Source: Bacteroidales bacterium
GTDB taxonomy: Bacteria; Bacteroidota; Bacteroidia; Bacteroidales; FEN-979
DNA: 64,000 bases
Assembly: GCA_963682005.1 (NCBI GenBank)
Contig: OY820914.1
Span: 3,908,145-3,972,144 of the forward strand
Direction of reading: 5' to 3'
In this document: in pieces, positions 25,564 through 34,957 of the stretch
Layout of the letters: each line of letters starts with the position of its first letter
How positions within the stretch are numbered: position 1 is the first letter of the stretch
Made by a program: the position numbers and the translations under genes
The notes under the pieces: model-generated
What the model was told of the DNA's origin: nothing
The model's database searches: none
What the model saw: the letters and a program-made list of their open reading frames with translations, nothing else

Positions 25564-26220
25564 TTAATCAACCAGGTAGGTCATAAGGATGCTGAGCTTG
25601 ATCTTTGGATTGAGAATGCTGATCTTTGCCGGGATCCGGCTGTTGTTCCTGTAATCCGGGTGGATGACCGTCTTCGACATGAACCCGCCTGATGATTTAA
25701 TTTCCCTGATCATTCGTGAATCATTTATCACAAGGTAATAAAAGGTACCCATGGTTGATTTTACTTTGTATTCAAAGGTTGTAGCGTCCGTGTTCTTGAT
25801 AAAGGTTATCTTCCGGATCAGTTTTTCATGCCCGAGGATCAGCGCAAAATCTTTCCTGAGTAACGACAGCAGCATTTTCTTGTTCATGGAAGGGAATATG
25901 TAATGGACAATGAAATTACCTTTCAGAAATTCAAAATCAAAAAAGCGCATCCCCATTTCATTGGCATAAATGATCCTCGTCGAGGTATCGCCCATGTGTT
26001 TTATCATCAGGACGCCGCTTAGACGGTGCTTTCCGATATCCAGGTTCATCCTGAACAACCCCTTCTGAAAAGTATCGGGAAAAACGGGATTCCAGTATCC
26101 TGAAGAACCTTTATTGACAGGAGGTTCGGCAATGGGTGTGGTCTGACCTTTTACATTCGTCCAGAGCAGGAAAAGGAAAAGGCTATTTAAAATTAAATTT
26201 CTCATCCGGAATGGGTTCAT
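25564..26220 (-). CDS. hypothetical secreted protein
   Basis: 218 aa with a signal peptide (LILNSLFLFLLWTNVKGQ). I recognise no catalytic motif. It sits between the LolA-like and dehydratase genes. Confidence 0.45.
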   Translation of the reverse strand: MNPFRMRNLILNSLFLFLLWTNVKGQTTPIAEPPVNKGSSGYWNPVFPDTFQKGLFRMNLDIGKHRLSGVLMIKHMGDTSTRIIYANEMGMRFFDFEFLKGNFIVHYIFPSMNKKMLLSLLRKDFALILGHEKLIRKITFIKNTDATTFEYKVKSTMGTFYYLVINDSRMIREIKSSGGFMSKTVIHPDYRNNSRIPAKISILNPKIKLSILMTYLVD

Positions 26221-26833
26221 TCAATTTCTTTTCCAAAAAGTCAATTTTTGTATAGTCGCCTGAAGATTCACGCATTTCAAGTCGCGATACTGTATAATCC
26301 AGCTTGTCGAAATAGATCCAGATTTCATCAAGAAACTGCTTCAAGCCTGGTAAAACGGGCTTCAGCTTAACCAGGAAATTCCGGCTGCTTTCAAAATAGG
26401 CCGGCTTGAAATTTTTATCATCGGACAATAGCGTTCCTTGTATGGATCCGATCATGATCCTGTTGATCTCAGCGAAAAGTTTGTTGGAATGGACATCAAA
26501 CTGGTTTGCTTTTGTCTCATCCTTGATAAAGATCTTGTCATCCCTGAAAATGATCAGGTAGGTGAACGGATCTGTGTATTCCCACCTGAGTTTTTTCTCT
26601 TTTTTGAACAGGAAATTCCCTTTGGAAATGATCTTTTCAGAGATAACGCTCAGGTTCTTTTCCTGGATGAAATTACTGGTAACTGATGAAACCTGCTTCG
26701 TGGCCTGCCCCAGCTGATGCCTGAACTCATCGGTTTTTTTCATCTCGATGAACTTTTCCTGCGAAATGCAGAGTGCCGGGACCAGGAGTGCCAGTGAAAG
26801 CAATCCAAATCGGATCCTGTGAAAGTTTTTCAT
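26183..26833 (-). CDS. LolA-like outer-membrane lipoprotein carrier family protein
   Basis: Signal/lipobox-like N-terminus (LALLVPALCISQ) and a LolA-type pattern (FIQEKNLSVISEKIISKGNFLFKKEKKLRWEY..P....IIF.DDKIFI.D). The start is trimmed to MKNFHRIRF at 26833. Confidence 0.6.
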   Translation of the reverse strand: MKNFHRIRFGLLSLALLVPALCISQEKFIEMKKTDEFRHQLGQATKQVSSVTSNFIQEKNLSVISEKIISKGNFLFKKEKKLRWEYTDPFTYLIIFRDDKIFIKDETKANQFDVHSNKLFAEINRIMIGSIQGTLLSDDKNFKPAYFESSRNFLVKLKPVLPGLKQFLDEIWIYFDKLDYTVSRLEMRESSGDYTKIDFLEKKLNEPIPDEKFNFK

Positions 26834-26834
26834 G

Positions 26835-27626
26835 TCAATTCGGTTCATTAGTTGCCAGGTAAGGATTGATAAAAGGTATCTCATCAAGACCTATCACGGA
26901 ATAACCAGTTTCTTCAAGGTAAACAAGAAATTTTGATAAAACGGCGGGCGTTGATTCCAAACAATCATGAAGCAAGATAATATCGCCAGGTTTCAAATTT
27001 CTTTTCAGCCGGGACAATGTTTTCTCCGGGTTCCTGGTAACCGTATCCAGACTTCGGTTGCTGAATCCGATGACCTGGTAATCCATATTCTTAAGGGTCT
27101 TTTTCAACAGGGGATTGATTACACCAAAAGGCGGTCTGAACAGGTTGGGCTTCTTCCCGATAATTTCTGAAATTCGCCGGTCCGTCTCTTCAAGCTCATT
27201 TTTCATTCTTTCAACGGGAAAAAAATCAAACCAGTTGGAATGCGAGAAACTGTGATTTCCGGTAAGTTGTCCCTCGGCATCCATCCGCCGGATAAGTTCT
27301 TCGTTCCCGCTTATCTTATTCCCGATTAAGAAAAATGAAGCTTTGCCGTGCCCTTTGAGAATGTCGAGTATCTGTGGTGTGATCACTGGATCAGGACCAT
27401 CATCAAACGTAAGAAAGACCTTCTTTTCCGTGGTTTTAAGGTTGCAGAAAACATTCATATAATAACCACTCCGGATTAAAAATGAGAAAGCTACGGAAAC
27501 AAAAAAATAGAGGGAACCCAGGATGATGTAAAAGGCGGGGTGAACAGGATAGCCTGAAACCCGGGCCAGTACCAGGATTAACAGAAGAAAGAAAAATGTA
27601 ACCGTAACTGTTCGTGAGTTGATCAT
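26835..27626 (-). CDS. polysaccharide deacetylase (NodB homology) family protein with N-terminal TM helices
   Basis: NodB motifs (LTFDDGPDP, NHSFSHSNW, ILLHD) plus two N-terminal hydrophobic helices. Confidence 0.75.
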   Translation of the reverse strand: MINSRTVTVTFFFLLLILVLARVSGYPVHPAFYIILGSLYFFVSVAFSFLIRSGYYMNVFCNLKTTEKKVFLTFDDGPDPVITPQILDILKGHGKASFFLIGNKISGNEELIRRMDAEGQLTGNHSFSHSNWFDFFPVERMKNELEETDRRISEIIGKKPNLFRPPFGVINPLLKKTLKNMDYQVIGFSNRSLDTVTRNPEKTLSRLKRNLKPGDIILLHDCLESTPAVLSKFLVYLEETGYSVIGLDEIPFINPYLATNEPN

Positions 27627-28700
27627 TTAAGCCTGGCTGATGAGCATTAAGGAATGATCCAATTTCTGATAGTGATTATACAAAAGAATATTTTTTAACT
27701 TTCCGGGCTTTTGCTCGTTCAATAAAACAACCGGAGGAATTTCCCGTGACTTCATGATCCTGGCGGCAAGCCACATTGAAAATGCGGATGCTGTCATGTA
27801 ATCTCCGCAAAGATGTTTGTAATACGCTATTGCGGTTTCGGGGAACATGGACCCGCTAATGCGATGATAGATCCGGTCACCTGAGGGATCCCCGTTCAAT
27901 CCGAGAATGACCAGGTCAATATCCCCTGATGCAATGCCTGAACGGTCGATAAATTCTTGTACCCGTGACAGTATCTCATCATCACCTGAAGGATTGAAGA
28001 AGGTTTCAACAGATATCACTTTGGCATATGTATTTTCGCCCTGACGATCAGCAAGAAGAAAAAATACCGAGCCTTGTCCTGCAATTGACCCCCTGGTTTT
28101 ATCATCAAGAAGACTCAGTTGTGGTGTCGGCTTTCGTTTCCAGTGGCCAAGCCGTTCCATAATGCCGAAGGAGTTTTTTGTCATTTCATCAATCCCTCCG
28201 AGCAGAACTGTCGAAGACTGGTCCATCCTGATCCGGATCATTGCATCGGTCAGGGCGCCTTCAAACGATATCCCCCGGTTGACAAAAGTGAAATTGTAAT
28301 TATGACATTTGAGCAGGAGTGCGATCTGTGCACTGACTGTGTTATGGGTAGACTGAATGAATGATGTAGGAGTGAGGAATTCCTCGTTGTTCTGGATCAT
28401 TGCGCTGAGGAATTTTTCCGTATCCTCGATGCAACCAAGCCCTGTTCCTGTGATGATGGCATCCGGCATCAGGCAGGCTGCATCGGTAAGACAGATCTTT
28501 GATGACGCAATCCCCATCTTGATGATCCTGCTCATTCTCCTCACCAGGTCACCGCTGATGTAATCCTTGTAATTCGGGTCCTGGCATTTCAACTGGTTCG
28601 ACGGCTCATTGACCAGTTCATCAAGGAACTTTAGGTTGTCGAAGGTTTTTTGTGGTGTAATGGCACCCAGGCCATTGATGTATATGTTTTTCTGATTCAC
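27627..28700 (-). CDS. ketosynthase-like chain-length-factor-type protein lacking the active-site Cys (CLF-D)
   Basis: 357 aa with a thiolase-fold layout but IQSTHNTVSAQIAL where a KS has the xACxS Cys. It is a paralog of the 30103-31161 product. Confidence 0.65.
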   Translation of the reverse strand: MNQKNIYINGLGAITPQKTFDNLKFLDELVNEPSNQLKCQDPNYKDYISGDLVRRMSRIIKMGIASSKICLTDAACLMPDAIITGTGLGCIEDTEKFLSAMIQNNEEFLTPTSFIQSTHNTVSAQIALLLKCHNYNFTFVNRGISFEGALTDAMIRIRMDQSSTVLLGGIDEMTKNSFGIMERLGHWKRKPTPQLSLLDDKTRGSIAGQGSVFFLLADRQGENTYAKVISVETFFNPSGDDEILSRVQEFIDRSGIASGDIDLVILGLNGDPSGDRIYHRISGSMFPETAIAYYKHLCGDYMTASAFSMWLAARIMKSREIPPVVLLNEQKPGKLKNILLYNHYQKLDHSLMLISQA

Positions 28701-28810
28701 TTTCGGGAAAATAATGGTCAGGTTTGCTTTGTTCGTTTCTTATATTTTTCTTAACCGCCGAGGCGCGGAGGTGCAAAAGGTAGCCTGAATTGGTCTTACG
28801 GCTTTGCACC

Positions 28811-30031
28811 TCAAAGGTACTGTTCATATTTTGAAAAAATGAGCGTAGAATTATTTCCCCCGAATCCGAACGAATTCGACAGGACATTCCTGACTTCCAC
28901 TTCCCTCCGGAGTTTTATTTCCGGCTGAATATGCAATTCCTTCATCGGTGTGGTGAAATTCAGGTTGGGGAAGATCAGTCCATGTTTAATGGCCAGAACA
29001 GAAAGCACCGCTTCAATACCACCGGCAGCCCCGAGCGTATGACCGGTATATCCTTTGGTAGAACTGAAAGGTGGCACATGTTGCCCAAACAGTCGTTCGA
29101 TGGCAATGCCTTCAGAAAGATCGTTATTCTGTGTCCCCGTACCATGAACGTTGATGTAATCAATCATCCCGGGCTCAAATCCGCTCATTTCAAGGGCTCC
29201 TTTCATGGCCAGGAAGGCCCCTTCACCATCTGGCGAGGATGCGGTCTGGTGATAGGCATCGTTAGCATTGGCATAGCCGGTGAGTTCGCACAGAATGGTT
29301 TTGTTCTCCCTCAAAACGATCTCTTCCGGTTCAAGAACGACAAATGCTGCACCTTCTCCCAGGGTCAGCCCGGCACGGGTATCATCAAACGGCCGGCAAT
29401 GGTTCCTGTCGAGGATCATCAGTGTATTGAATCCGTTCATGGTGAATTTGGTGACTGCATCAGTGCCTCCTGCAACCACGCGGTCAAGCATGCCTGCCCT
29501 GATCAGCTGCGCACCGTACATGATCGAATTGGCCGATGATGAACAGGCAGTACTAATTGTCGTGATGAAGTCCTTCAGGCCCGTGTATTCAGCAATGCGG
29601 GTTGTGCTGTCACCGCAGTCATGGTTCACGATATCGATCAGCCTCCCTTTCTTCTGATCCCTGAGAAATTCCTGGTAAAATCCTTCACTGCGGTCCATTC
29701 CCCCGACCGTGGTAGCAGAGACGAGGCCTGTCCTGTAAGTCCTGGTGTCGTTGATTCCTGCAGACTTCAGTGCTTCTGCGGCTGCGATCATACCGAGAAG
29801 AGATGTCCGGGTGAGGTTTCTTTTCCCGGTCATTCCTGTCATTGCCAATAATTCCGGGTTGCTTTTTTTTACTTCTGCAAGCGGAAATTTACCCCGATGG
29901 ATCGTATCGAACAATGTGATCTGGCCAATCCCTGTTTTCTCTCTTGCCAGAGAATCCAGTGTTTCCCTGGTATCATTTCCTATGGAAGAGATCATCCCGA
30001 TCCCTGTAATAAAGATCCTTTTTGTCATCAA
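28811..30031 (-). CDS. beta-ketoacyl-ACP synthase (KS-D)
   Basis: 406 aa with STACSSSANSIMYGA, NVHGTGTQNND, GYTGHTLGAAG and NSFGFGGNNSTLIF. Confidence 0.9.
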   Translation of the reverse strand: MMTKRIFITGIGMISSIGNDTRETLDSLAREKTGIGQITLFDTIHRGKFPLAEVKKSNPELLAMTGMTGKRNLTRTSLLGMIAAAEALKSAGINDTRTYRTGLVSATTVGGMDRSEGFYQEFLRDQKKGRLIDIVNHDCGDSTTRIAEYTGLKDFITTISTACSSSANSIMYGAQLIRAGMLDRVVAGGTDAVTKFTMNGFNTLMILDRNHCRPFDDTRAGLTLGEGAAFVVLEPEEIVLRENKTILCELTGYANANDAYHQTASSPDGEGAFLAMKGALEMSGFEPGMIDYINVHGTGTQNNDLSEGIAIERLFGQHVPPFSSTKGYTGHTLGAAGGIEAVLSVLAIKHGLIFPNLNFTTPMKELHIQPEIKLRREVEVRNVLSNSFGFGGNNSTLIFSKYEQYL

Positions 30032-30102
30032 TTAATATTTGTTGTCACATACAGACTCAGGTGACTTTTGCAAAGGTAGAGGAAAATTTCAAAGGAAAAT
30101 TG

Positions 30103-31161
30103 TCAGGCAGAAACCAGGATCAGGGAATGGTTGATGTTCCGGTAGTGATTGTATATAAGGATGTTCCTCACAGGTTTAACAGTGTTGTTCCTGAGGACCA
30201 GGGACTGAGGAACTTTCTGCCTCCGGAGAATATTGGCTGCAAGCCAGAGGGCAAATGATGTTGATGTATGATATTCGCCGCATAAATGTTTGAAGTAACC
30301 AAGTGTTTTATTCCCGAAAAGCTCCTTTGAGATGACAGAATAGATTGGATCGAATTCATCGTCCCCGTTAATCCCAGCAAGGAGGATGTCCACATCACCG
30401 GGTTCAAGTCGGGCCCGTGAAAGAAAATCAATGATTGTATCTTTAATTTCTGCCGTATTTTCGGGCTTATAAAAAGTAGTAAGCGATGAGACCCTGGCAT
30501 ACGTTTGAGCATTCCTGGTATCCGAAAGGATGAAATAACCGGCACCTTCACCGGCTAATGCGCCTTTCGACGGGTGATCCAGCAGGTGCAGATTGTTAAA
30601 TGGCTTTATTTTCCAGTGGCCAAGCCGGCGGATCAGCGTCAGGTGATTCAGCGACATTTCATCGATCCCCCCGACCAGGACATTATGGGCTATTTGTTCC
30701 TCCAGCTGCATCAGCGCATCCAGGAGACCGCTTTCGAAGGAGATGGAACGGTGCGTGTATGTCGAGTTGTAACCGTGGCATTTCAGGTTGATGGCGATCT
30801 GGGAGCTGATCGTGTTGTATGTTGACTGCATGAAAGGGGTAGGGTTGAAAAGAACCGCGTCATCGTGGATGTGCGAAAGGATCTGTTCTGTATCTTCAAC
30901 ACTTCCCAGCCCTGTTCCTGTGATGATCGCATCCGGCATCTCAATTCCTGCATCATTGAGGCAGAGTTTTGCCGATGTAATTCCCATTTTGATCAGCCGG
31001 CTGAGCCTTCGTGCAAGCAACGGGTTGATATATTCCTTGTAATTCGGTTCAACGCAACGCAGGTAATCTGCATCATACTCCATGATCTTTTCAAGGAAAA
31101 CCTTCGGATCCAGTGTTTCCTGGGGAGAGATCATGCCGATGCCGTTGATGTATGCGTTCAT
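30103..31161 (-). CDS. ketosynthase-like chain-length-factor-type protein lacking the active-site Cys (CLF-C)
   Basis: 352 aa with MQSTYNTISSQIAI at the position of the KS Cys. It is collinear with the 27627-28700 product. Confidence 0.65.
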   Translation of the reverse strand: MNAYINGIGMISPQETLDPKVFLEKIMEYDADYLRCVEPNYKEYINPLLARRLSRLIKMGITSAKLCLNDAGIEMPDAIITGTGLGSVEDTEQILSHIHDDAVLFNPTPFMQSTYNTISSQIAINLKCHGYNSTYTHRSISFESGLLDALMQLEEQIAHNVLVGGIDEMSLNHLTLIRRLGHWKIKPFNNLHLLDHPSKGALAGEGAGYFILSDTRNAQTYARVSSLTTFYKPENTAEIKDTIIDFLSRARLEPGDVDILLAGINGDDEFDPIYSVISKELFGNKTLGYFKHLCGEYHTSTSFALWLAANILRRQKVPQSLVLRNNTVKPVRNILIYNHYRNINHSLILVSA

Positions 31162-31186
31162 ATAATTGATCTGCCTGGCTGATGAA

Positions 31187-32392
31187 TTATCGTTCTGCTT
31201 TTTTAAAAATGAGACTTGTATCGTTCCCGCCGAAACCGAATGAATTCGTCATCACATGTGTCAGATGAACATTGGTCTGCAGTTCAGTTACAGGACGGAA
31301 ACTAAGTTCCTTCATGGGTTCATGGTAGTTCAGGTTAGGAAGTACCATCTCCTCCAAGAGGCAAAGGATGGTCAGGATCGATTCAATAGATCCTGCAGCA
31401 CTTGTGGTGTGTCCGGTAAACGGTTTCGTGGAACTGATCAGGGGAACTGCCGGTAAAAAAAGTTTTTCAATCGCGTTTCCCTCTGCAATATCATTATTGT
31501 CGGTACCTGTGCCGTGGGCATTGATGTAATCAATGTCGCCGGGCTCCAGTCCGCACATGTCAAGCGCTTTTTTCATTGCAATATAAGCACCGATGCCGTC
31601 AGGGGAGGATGCCGTCTGGTGATAGGCTTCGCAAGCATTACCCCATCCGATCAGTTCGCAGAGAACGGGCTTGTTTGCCGATTTCACACTTTCTTCGGAT
31701 TCCAGGATAAGATAGCCGGCACCTTCACCAAGTGTGATTCCATTCCTGTTGGCGTCGAACGGTCTGCAAGGTTCCTTGTCCAGTATCTTCAGCGAATTGA
31801 ATCCTTTCAGATGGAATTTTGTCAATGATTCGGTACCTCCGGCTACAACGCGGTCAAGCATTCCCAGCCTGATCATCCGGGCAGCCATGAGAATGGAATT
31901 GGCGGAAGAGGAGCAGGCAGTGCTGATCGTGGTCATGAAATCCCTGATGCCAAGGATATCAGCTATCTTCTGGGTGCTGTCCGCGCAATCATAAGTGTCA
32001 ATGTATAGATTCCTGCTGTCGTTCGTGAGAAAATCCTGGTAATAGAGTTCGCATTTATCCATGCCACCCACCGTTGTTGCAGAGACCAGTCCTGTCCGAA
32101 TCCCCGGAATGTGTTTCATTCCTGCATTTTTCCAGGCCTCCTGTGCCGCAATGATTCCGAGCAGGGCATTTCGCGAAAAGCCTTCCCGGAATGGAATACC
32201 TGCAAGCCTGAAAAGCTCGGTTTCCGTGCATTTAACCTCGCAAACCGGGATATTTTCCTTTAACTGGTGCAGCCGGATCGAAATGGCTCCGATGCCCGAC
32301 CTGGATTGTAAAAGAGAGGTTTTTGTTTCCAGGAGGTTAGTACCGATCCCTGAGATGATCCCAATGCCTGTAACAAAAATCCGACGGGGCAT
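31187..32392 (-). CDS. beta-ketoacyl-ACP synthase (KS-C)
   Basis: 401 aa with STACSSSANSILMAA, NAHGTGTDNND, FTGHTTSAAG and NSFGFGGNDTSLIF. Confidence 0.9.
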   Translation of the reverse strand: MPRRIFVTGIGIISGIGTNLLETKTSLLQSRSGIGAISIRLHQLKENIPVCEVKCTETELFRLAGIPFREGFSRNALLGIIAAQEAWKNAGMKHIPGIRTGLVSATTVGGMDKCELYYQDFLTNDSRNLYIDTYDCADSTQKIADILGIRDFMTTISTACSSSANSILMAARMIRLGMLDRVVAGGTESLTKFHLKGFNSLKILDKEPCRPFDANRNGITLGEGAGYLILESEESVKSANKPVLCELIGWGNACEAYHQTASSPDGIGAYIAMKKALDMCGLEPGDIDYINAHGTGTDNNDIAEGNAIEKLFLPAVPLISSTKPFTGHTTSAAGSIESILTILCLLEEMVLPNLNYHEPMKELSFRPVTELQTNVHLTHVMTNSFGFGGNDTSLIFKKAER

Positions 32393-32395
32393 TCA

Positions 32396-32653
32396 TTAAG
32401 ATTTTTTGTGCTCAGTGATGTATTCCGCCATCGTCCTGATGGAGAAAAAGATCTTCTTGCCATCTTTCGGATCCTCGATCTTGATCCCGTAATTCTTTTC
32501 CAGGAGTACGATCAGTTCAAGTGCATCGATGGAATCGAGGCCCAAACCTTCCCCGAATAGGGGAGAATCAGGGTTTATATCATCAACAGAGATATCTTCA
32601 AGGTTGAGTTGTTCAATTACCTCTTTCTTTAGTTTGTTAATCAGTTCATCCAT
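32396..32653 (-). CDS. acyl carrier protein
   Basis: 85 aa with the motif GLGLDSIDALELIV. Confidence 0.8.
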   Translation of the reverse strand: MDELINKLKKEVIEQLNLEDISVDDINPDSPLFGEGLGLDSIDALELIVLLEKNYGIKIEDPKDGKKIFFSIRTMAEYITEHKKS

Positions 32654-32656
32654 ATG

Positions 32657-33346
32657 TTAATTTCCTTTATTTAATGAGTAGAGCTGAGACAGCGTTTGTA
32701 TTGTAAATTCCTGATATTGATCAGGGTTTTCATTCCTGTTCTCCAACTGGCTTCTTTTTTCAGCCAGGACCAGAAATGACTCAAAAGATTCATTCATTAG
32801 TTCGATCCTCCCGCAAAGACAAGCATCCGCCCGGTCATTCCTGAATAAAAAGTCTGCATGATCAAAGAGCAGACCGGGTTCAAACTTTTCGCTTACAAAG
32901 AACGCATTTTCACCTTTGATCCTGTTCCTGATGCAGATCTCACCGATCAGGATGTTCGGTAATGTATAAACAAATACAGAAGGGCTTGGATAATAATTAC
33001 TTTTATCCCTGATGGTTTCGAAATATTCTGTATCCGTATCCAGACTCGAACTCGAATTACTTATGATGACGCTCACTCTTTCATTCGGGTACAAGTCTGA
33101 CACCCTTCTCTCCCTAAAAACCATTTCTGCAGTAAGGAATCCAAGTTTGCTCAGGTTATCCATTTTATAAAATTTCGGATAACTGATCTGTTCCTGTTTG
33201 AAGAGTGCTTTTATTCGGGCTGCAAAATTAATAAAATTTTCTGTAAGAACCTTTTTATCACCGTTTATGATGAGAAGGTTTTCTGTAAGGGAGCACCAGC
33301 CTGTAATACAGGAATCTGCCATCCTGTTTTCATTCTGAATTGTCAT
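32657..33346 (-). CDS. short KS-N-terminal-like protein, no catalytic Cys evident (possible partner of KS-B)
   Basis: About 230 aa from MTIQNENRM (the track ORF overlaps the upstream KS). The segment FYKMDNLSKLGFLTAEMVF is analogous to the ARRLSRLIKMGI segment of the CLF-like proteins. The assignment is weak. Confidence 0.4.
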   Translation of the reverse strand: MTIQNENRMADSCITGWCSLTENLLIINGDKKVLTENFINFAARIKALFKQEQISYPKFYKMDNLSKLGFLTAEMVFRERRVSDLYPNERVSVIISNSSSSLDTDTEYFETIRDKSNYYPSPSVFVYTLPNILIGEICIRNRIKGENAFFVSEKFEPGLLFDHADFLFRNDRADACLCGRIELMNESFESFLVLAEKRSQLENRNENPDQYQEFTIQTLSQLYSLNKGN

Positions 33347-33353
33347 GTCTGCA

Positions 33354-34532
33354 TTACATTTTTTGAAACACGAGTGCGGCATTGCAACCTCCGAATCCTG
33401 AAGCGGTCTTGACCACATTTCTGACTGGGGTCTTTCTGTTTTCATTTAGGACATTCAGTGGATCTTCTGCCATTGGATCACTGAATCCTGCGGAGGCGAT
33501 CAGCAAGTCATTTGCCATGGAGCGCACAGATGCAATCGATTCGAGCATTCCGGCGGCACCAAGTGTGTGCCCCCAATACCCCTTGAAACTGTTGACCGGC
33601 GTCTGGCCGAAACCTGACCGTACCAATGCCTTTGTTTCCATTTCGTCATTATAAACAGTTGCCGTACCATGTGCGGATATAAAATCAATCTGGGATGGCA
33701 ACAAGCCTGATTCGGTTAAGGCATTCCTGATGGCAATGGAAAGTTCTTCACCGGTCCGTGAAGGCCCGGAGATGTGATTGGCATCATTGCTTGTCGCAAA
33801 ACCCTCAATGGTAAGCGGATGGGTGACATACGAAGGTTCCCGGGTTGTAAGGATCATGGTGCCGCACCCTTCACCGAGGGACAACCCATTGTGGGAAATG
33901 TCGAAAGGCCTGCATGGTTCCGGGCTCAGTGCCTGAAACGACTGGAATCCTGAAATGACGAATCTCGAAAGAATATCTCCGCCGGTCACAATTGCATTCT
34001 CGTATTTTCCCGAACGAAGGTAACGGAAAGCCGTACCGATTGCGACCGATCCTGAGATGCATGCGTTGGAAATGATCACCGGCGGATGGTGGAGGTTAAA
34101 AAAATTGCTGATCACATCGCCTGACTTCCAGAGGTAAAGCCTGTCGCGGCTGAAAAGATCTTTATTTTCAGCTTCAAGAAGATCGATATTCCCCTTTGTT
34201 GTCGAAATGATAAGGATAGTTCGGGGGTCGGAAAATGAAAAATCCGTTTGCCCGATTGCATCACAAATAGAAAGGATGAAAAGCTTCTCCATCCGGGTAT
34301 AGGCTTCACCAATAAGATCCGGACGGGTAGCATTAACGAGTGTGACGAAATTCTCCTCGAGCAAGGTTGAATTGACAATGGAAAGCGGTAATGGGAGAGG
34401 CGTAAATCCAGGATTATCTGACACCTTCAACCCTGATCTGTTTTCCGAAAGGCTGACCATGTTCTCGTCAGTAGAAAAGCCCAGGGAGGTGATCATGTTA
34501 TCGGATGCTACAAAAACCTTTTTCATGCTCAA
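33354..34532 (-). CDS. beta-ketoacyl-ACP synthase (KS-B)
   Basis: 392 aa with SNACISGSVAIGTA, SAHGTATVYND, GYWGHTLGAAG and ASGFGGCNAALVF. Confidence 0.85.
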   Translation of the reverse strand: MSMKKVFVASDNMITSLGFSTDENMVSLSENRSGLKVSDNPGFTPLPLPLSIVNSTLLEENFVTLVNATRPDLIGEAYTRMEKLFILSICDAIGQTDFSFSDPRTILIISTTKGNIDLLEAENKDLFSRDRLYLWKSGDVISNFFNLHHPPVIISNACISGSVAIGTAFRYLRSGKYENAIVTGGDILSRFVISGFQSFQALSPEPCRPFDISHNGLSLGEGCGTMILTTREPSYVTHPLTIEGFATSNDANHISGPSRTGEELSIAIRNALTESGLLPSQIDFISAHGTATVYNDEMETKALVRSGFGQTPVNSFKGYWGHTLGAAGMLESIASVRSMANDLLIASAGFSDPMAEDPLNVLNENRKTPVRNVVKTASGFGGCNAALVFQKM

Positions 34533-34539
34533 TGTCCCT

Positions 34540-34956
34540 TCATATGATCCCCCATTTCTTCTTCCAGCCTATGTAAAATTCAGGAGAAGTAAGCAAAAGC
34601 TCACCCTCAGGTGTCAGAAAAACCTGGGTTGAACTGCCGGTAGCCATAAGCTCATGGTCCGATTTGCGGAAAATCCTGTATTCAAAAACGATCTTCGCGG
34701 CATCCGTATTGATGTATGTTGTTTCAACAACAGCTTCATCACCATAAACAAGGGGCCTCTTATAATCACAATTGACTTTAACGATCGGGATCATTATTTT
34801 GTGTTTATAAACATCAAGGTATCCGAGGTTATACTTCAAACCGAATGCTTCACGGCCGTCTTCAAAGTACTTAATGTAATTCCCGTGCCAGACGATCTTC
34901 ATGGAGTCAACTTCGCCGAACCTCACTTTGATCCCGATGGTGTCAGTCAATAACAT
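34540..34956 (-). CDS. 4HBT-type acyl-CoA/acyl-ACP thioesterase
   Basis: 138 aa with VRFGEVDSMKIVWHGNYIKYFEDGREAF. Confidence 0.7.
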   Translation of the reverse strand: MLLTDTIGIKVRFGEVDSMKIVWHGNYIKYFEDGREAFGLKYNLGYLDVYKHKIMIPIVKVNCDYKRPLVYGDEAVVETTYINTDAAKIVFEYRIFRKSDHELMATGSSTQVFLTPEGELLLTSPEFYIGWKKKWGII

Positions 34957-34957
34957 A

